The translations under genes and the position numbers were made by a program. From Verrucomicrobiota bacterium (GTDB lineage Bacteria; Verrucomicrobiota; Verrucomicrobiia; Chthoniobacterales; UBA6821), in the NCBI GenBank assembly GCA_008932965.1, contig WBXG01000020.1, positions 1 to 27,675 of the forward strand: a stretch of 27,675 nucleotides of DNA, read 5' to 3'. The notes below the pieces were generated by a model. It did not search any database and was not told the origin of the DNA. It was given only the letters and a program-made list of their open reading frames with translations. Positions 25,486-27,675 of this stretch are shown one piece after another (the first letter of the stretch is position 1; each line of letters starts with the position of its first letter).

Positions 25486-27495
25486 ATGCCTCTTTTTTTA
25501 CTACTCTTTTTTTATTTTTTATTTGCTCTAGTTGCACAAGAAACATCAGAAAGTAGCACTTCAATTACGGTAGAGGATTACGCTCTTTTTCTTAATGCAG
25601 TCGCAGCCCAAGGGGATGGACATCACCTCTACAATGAAAAGATGGAAGCGGGTTGTTCCTGCTCTTCAATTTTAAAAATAGTTGTCGATAGTCAATGGAA
25701 GTACGAATTACTAGAGAACCAAGAAGCTCTTATAGAGAACTCGATAAGCTGGCTCGATGCTGCTCGGTACTGTAATTGGCTGGAAAATCGGTCTTCAATG
25801 GCTATGGATGATCTCAACCTCAAGAGAGATCCTTTGCTCGTAACAGAGCAGGGGGTCTATGAACTAGAAGGGGAGACTCTTATCTCCTTCAATAAAAAAG
25901 CCACCTATGTGATCCAAGCAGAGGAAAGCGTAGATCGAGAATTGCACTGCAATAGACTTCATTTTTTGGTAAAGAATCAAACTTATCATGATGGTTTTCA
26001 CGAACAAGCAACTCCTGTAGAAGCTACGATTTCCGGGTTGGAAGAAGTTGAAATATTTTTTGAAGAGGGAGCTGCTCTTGGAATATTGCTTTTAGGGAGT
26101 GGGTTGGGAGTAAATAGAGCTATTGAGACAGGTCATTCTCGAATCACTCCACCAAGAAGTTCTATTCAAAATAGTGCTACTAGAAGAACCATGAGTATTC
26201 CTCTGCTTCGCATGAATCGTACTAGGAGCCGAAGAGATGTTCTTGAAGATCGTGTTTATACCGACGAAGAGCAAAAGCACAAAGAGGAAATAGCAACCCT
26301 GTTTGAATTTAAAAAGAGCAGCCAAGAAAGTGCTAACGATCAAGTAAGTAAAGCAATGCTTTTTTCACAGCAGGCTCTGAATGCTAAGAAAAAGTTAGGA
26401 GTCATTGAGACCACAAGAGATTCTGCATTAGAAAAAGCCTTTCCTCAACTCGTAGCAGCTAAAGAAAGAGCACAGAAGGCAGAGGTTGATGCACGTAAAG
26501 CTCATCAAGAATATCTCAAGGAAGTCCAAAAGATCGAATTAAAACCTCAAAATAGTAACATCAAAACTCAGTCAATAAAAAGAGCCCAAGCTTGCAAGCA
26601 GCTTGCAGATAAAAAAGAAAATGAAAATAAGAGAGTGCTTGAAAACAAAAAAGATGAATGCCTTAAATCTTCTGATCTTCATGCTGTGGCCCATGAGTGG
26701 ATCCAGGATGAAATATCCGGGTCAATCAATAATGCATCCTTTGAATTGGTAAAAGATGATCAAAAGAGTGCCGTTAAGAGTCTGAATAAGGCTAACAAGC
26801 AAGTTGCCTACGCAAGGGTATTGGATTGCGGTCTTGAAGCTCAAAATCAAATTTCCACGCAATTCCGCCAAGAGCTGAAAGAAAAAAAAGGGTCTCTTTA
26901 TCACAAAATAAAAGAGGGTGAAGAATCTGATTTTTGTGAAGTCTCTTTTGTAGAGCCAAATTTTTCTCACAAATTGTATGATTCAAAAAAAGAATTTATA
27001 GGTATTCCAAAAAGTGCGGAAGAAGCCTATCAGGCATTTAGTTTGGTACTTGAGGAGGGCTTAGAAGCATGGAAAGAAGTTAGCGCTGCCGCTGATGCTG
27101 CCAAGCATGCTTGGGTGGAGGCAACTAAGGGTATTGAAGATTCCAAAAAGAAAAAGAGGATGTGGGCAAAATCTGTATTAGCATTAGCAAAATGCGGTAC
27201 TGGGAATTATGGTCTTGGTAAGTCGACTGAAAAAGAGGCGATGGAGTTAGGCAAGATTTTTGTGGGAGAGAGAGCAACTTCTAGTTCTAAATTTTATTAT
27301 GATAGATACGTTACAACACTGATTAGTTATGATGGAACACGCCGTTTTCGCTCTACCTCGTGGAAGCCACAATCCCAAGAATATAAAGCCAATTTCGAAC
27401 GGGGATCTTTTATTGGTAAAGACAGCAATTACAAAGCACCTCATGATGGACATCTTGTAATCACTGATGTGGCGCTTGCTCCGTCAAAAAAATAA
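25486..27495 (+). CDS. Signal-peptide protein with FGE-sulfatase (SUMF1)-like N-domain, long Lys/Glu coiled-coil region and unknown C-terminal domain
   Basis: ATG at 25486, preceded 12 nt upstream by GGAAGGAGG (25465-25473). Hydrophobic N-terminus MPLFLLLFFYFLFALVAQE. ITVEDYALFLNAVAAQGDGHHLYN...SWLDAARYCNWLEN...TEQGVYEL matches the non-catalytic FGE-sulfatase subtype common in PVC bacteria. A hydrophobic stretch AALGILLLGSGLGV is followed by an Arg-rich patch, then about 350 aa of K/E-rich helix. Confidence 0.7.
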   Translation: MPLFLLLFFYFLFALVAQETSESSTSITVEDYALFLNAVAAQGDGHHLYNEKMEAGCSCSSILKIVVDSQWKYELLENQEALIENSISWLDAARYCNWLENRSSMAMDDLNLKRDPLLVTEQGVYELEGETLISFNKKATYVIQAEESVDRELHCNRLHFLVKNQTYHDGFHEQATPVEATISGLEEVEIFFEEGAALGILLLGSGLGVNRAIETGHSRITPPRSSIQNSATRRTMSIPLLRMNRTRSRRDVLEDRVYTDEEQKHKEEIATLFEFKKSSQESANDQVSKAMLFSQQALNAKKKLGVIETTRDSALEKAFPQLVAAKERAQKAEVDARKAHQEYLKEVQKIELKPQNSNIKTQSIKRAQACKQLADKKENENKRVLENKKDECLKSSDLHAVAHEWIQDEISGSINNASFELVKDDQKSAVKSLNKANKQVAYARVLDCGLEAQNQISTQFRQELKEKKGSLYHKIKEGEESDFCEVSFVEPNFSHKLYDSKKEFIGIPKSAEEAYQAFSLVLEEGLEAWKEVSAAADAAKHAWVEATKGIEDSKKKKRMWAKSVLALAKCGTGNYGLGKSTEKEAMELGKIFVGERATSSSKFYYDRYVTTLISYDGTRRFRSTSWKPQSQEYKANFERGSFIGKDSNYKAPHDGHLVITDVALAPSKK

Positions 27496-27554
27496 GAAAA
27501 ACGACTGGAGACTATTTCCTAATTTGACACAATAGATCTCATTGTTTTTTTGAA

Positions 27555-27675
27555 ATGACTACAGCTTTGCCTTCTTCAGCCTCTATCCTCCGACCTCCAG
27601 CCTCTGCTTATCGCATTATCGGTGTTGGCAATGCTGGGGGCAATTTTTTAGATCGCCTGTTGCTCTCTCATCCCA
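27555..27675 (+). CDS. ftsZ: Cell division GTPase FtsZ (5' end only, runs off the window)
   Basis: ATG at 27555; translation MTTALPSSASILRPPASAYRIIGVGNAGGNFLDRLLLSHP. IIGVGNAGGN aligns with the FtsZ N-terminal I.VIGVGGGG.N strand/loop. Located downstream of ftsA. Confidence 0.7.
   Translation, partial: MTTALPSSASILRPPASAYRIIGVGNAGGNFLDRLLLSHP

Noticed and set aside
27170-27495. The C-terminal domain of the ftsA-ftsZ intervening protein might be a polymorphic-toxin-type module
   Set aside because: This rests only on a vague pattern resemblance (G.....DG.RRFR....K....ANFE.....H.GH). There is no immunity-gene candidate, since ftsZ follows directly. No motif can be named, so it is left as unknown.

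Overview
AT-rich bacterial chromosomal window. The gene content points to the PVC superphylum, most likely Verrucomicrobia: a fused murC-murB, ftsQ/ftsA/ftsZ all present, and a T2SS-type secretin module. The taxon is inference only.

Layout:
1. 6-1460 (+): 3' part of an ORF built from seven 52-aa (156-bp) tandem repeats.
2. comF-like gene (-), then gcvH-gcvP (+) with no gcvT and no glycine riboswitch.
3. 5851-19479 (-): twelve co-directional, tightly packed genes, several with ATGA/TAATG start-stop overlaps. A gspK-L-M-C/PilP-like-secretin module comes first. It is followed 14 bp later by a fatty-acid modification cluster: delta-9 desaturase, FAD oxidoreductase, DUF1365, Cfa, DUF1295, a second CMAS-type methyltransferase and DUF1345. 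This cluster resembles the methylated/furan fatty-acid cluster type.
4. Divergent dcw-cluster tail: murC/murB fusion, ddl, ftsQ, ftsA, an unexpected 669-aa gene, then the 5' end of ftsZ.

Most unusual observations:
- Two diverged copies of a GC-rich, ~180-205-bp hairpin-forming element. One fills a stop-to-stop gap (1461-1665). The other (19182-19365) has 16-bp terminal inverted repeats and a CTAG duplication, and adds exactly 60 codons in frame to the 5' end of the gspK-like ORF.
- A 147-bp in-frame direct/inverted duplication inside the MurB part of the fusion gene.
- A gene for a signal-peptide, FGE-sulfatase-like, coiled-coil protein wedged between ftsA and ftsZ.

No rRNA, tRNA, CRISPR, transposase or integrase genes were seen.
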